A stretch of 64,000 bases of DNA from the human T2T-CHM13v2.0 reference genome, Homo sapiens. Location of the stretch: NCBI RefSeq assembly GCF_009914755.1, contig NC_060929.1. One strand, given 5' to 3'. The translations under genes were made by a program, and so were the position numbers. Below, piece by piece: positions 61,860-64,000 of this stretch (its first letter is position 1; each line of letters begins with the position of its first letter). A model generated the notes under the pieces. The model was given only the letters and a program-made list of their open reading frames with translations. It searched no databases and had not been told where the DNA came from.

Positions 61860-62290
61860 ATTAGTTTCCTGGGGCTGCTGCAACAAAGTATGACTGACTG
61901 GGTGACTTAGAACAACAGAAATGTAAGGTCTCACAGTTCTGGAGACTGGAAGTCCAGGACCAAGGTGTCGGGAGGACCGTGCTGCCTCTGAAGGTGCTAG
62001 GGAAGGATCTGTTCCAGGGCTCTCTCTGGGATTCAGGTAGTTCCTTGGCCCTTGGCAGCATAACTCCAATCTCCACGTGGTGTGCCCCTCATATGCCTGT
62101 CTGTGGCCAAATTTCTCCTTTCCATAAGGACACCAGTCATATTGAATTAGGGGCCCACCCTACTCTAGTGTGACTCCATCTTAGCTAACTACATCTGCAA
62201 CCCTCTTTCCAAATAAGGTCATATGCTGAGATACTGAAAGTTGGGACTTCAACATATGAATTTTGGGAGGATACAATTCAACCCTTAACA
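61860..62290 (-). mobile_element. MLT1B/C-like MaLR solo LTR
   Basis: ttagtttcctggggctgctgcaacaaa...cacagttctggag...tccaaataaggtca...acaattcaacccttaaca. Confidence 0.88.
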
Positions 62291-62419
62291 GCTAGAGCTA
62301 TGCCCCACAGACCGGATTCCACAAAACCATTGCAATCTGCTTTGCACCACCCACTCCACAGCTTGACAGTCAAGTGCTCAGAGGCTGCATGTTTGATTGA
62401 AGCACGCTGATGCTGGTTC

Positions 62420-62720
62420 TCCATGTCCTGGAAACGAGGCTGGAGACAGGGCCAGGGGCTAAATCATACAGAGCCCTGAAGGCCATGGGCGTTGTGTACT
62501 TTATCCTAAGAGCAGTGGGCTGTCTTTGATGCTTACAAACAGAAGGCTGATCAGACTCTAGAAAGAGCCTTCCAACTTTAGTGTTGAGAATGGAATAAAG
62601 TTGGGGCAAGGCAATTCTTCAAGCAAGTGACAAGCTGGCCTGAACCTCAATGGTGGCAATGGGAATGCGGGGAAGATGACTTGGAGAAATAGCTGTGATG
62701 TATCAGGGTGCCTAGAGAAA
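62420..62720 (-). mobile_element. L2 fragment
   Basis: ggccagggg...gaaggccatgg...actttatcctaagagcagtggg. Confidence 0.55.
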
Positions 62721-63014
62721 AACAACCTAAAGTGTGTGTTATTTTAGCAAAGGCACTGCCATTTGGGGACCGTTGGCAAAAGGAACTTGTCATTTGGGTT
62801 TCTGGATATGGACACTTTAATGTTGGCACAGATTCCCTTGTTTTCAAGGAAGTTACCAAGATAAACCCTCTAGTCAAGCCAAAGTAAAGCAAGTTGATTT
62901 GGGGAAGATGTCATACCTGAGTGTGGCAACTGCAGAGTGTGATGTTAAATGTTGAAGAACTGGTGAAAAGTTTTCCTGAAGTGACTACTTAGACTGAATT
63001 ATTCGTATCCCCCA

Positions 63015-63810
<796 letters not shown>

Positions 63811-64000
63811 CACATGATGTTGATATTAGTATAATGTGGGAAGTGCAAGGTCACATAGTGTCGTTGTCTTATCTGGGCCCTGGTGAATCAGAGAGAGGGT
63901 TGCTCTTGAAAGACTTGGGGGTTTTCAGGGCCAGTTTTCCTGGGGCAGCATGAGCAGGCCTTAGGCCAGGAGACAGGGGCAATGCTTCCTGCTTTCTGGT

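Overview
Primate (very likely human) non-coding genomic DNA, intergenic or lncRNA-type, densely filled with interspersed repeats: about 20 Alu/FLAM copies, MIR, L2, ancient L1, an L3/CR1 remnant, MaLR and ERV1 solo LTRs, and MER5/MER3/MER104 DNA transposons. It also holds a 5'-truncated processed RPL10 pseudogene on the minus strand (~43.35-43.77 kb). No intact, recognisable protein-coding gene, RNA gene or CRISPR array is visible, and most listed ORFs are repeat-derived or chance. Repeat families were recognised by eye, so subfamily calls and boundaries are approximate. The best leads lie in unique sequence. (1) A three-exon plus-strand splice model at 37.1-40.3 kb joins into a 79-aa ORF with strong Kozak context and a hydrophobic segment, plus an overlapping 48-aa Cys-rich ORF. 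(2) A second splice model lies at 22-26 kb. (3) An ETS-CArG-CRE-TATA cassette resembling an immediate-early promoter sits at 44.3 kb. (4) An old THE1 LTR contains a perfect 96-bp duplication. The first three are hypotheses from motif reading; I found no clear evidence of a novel multi-gene system.
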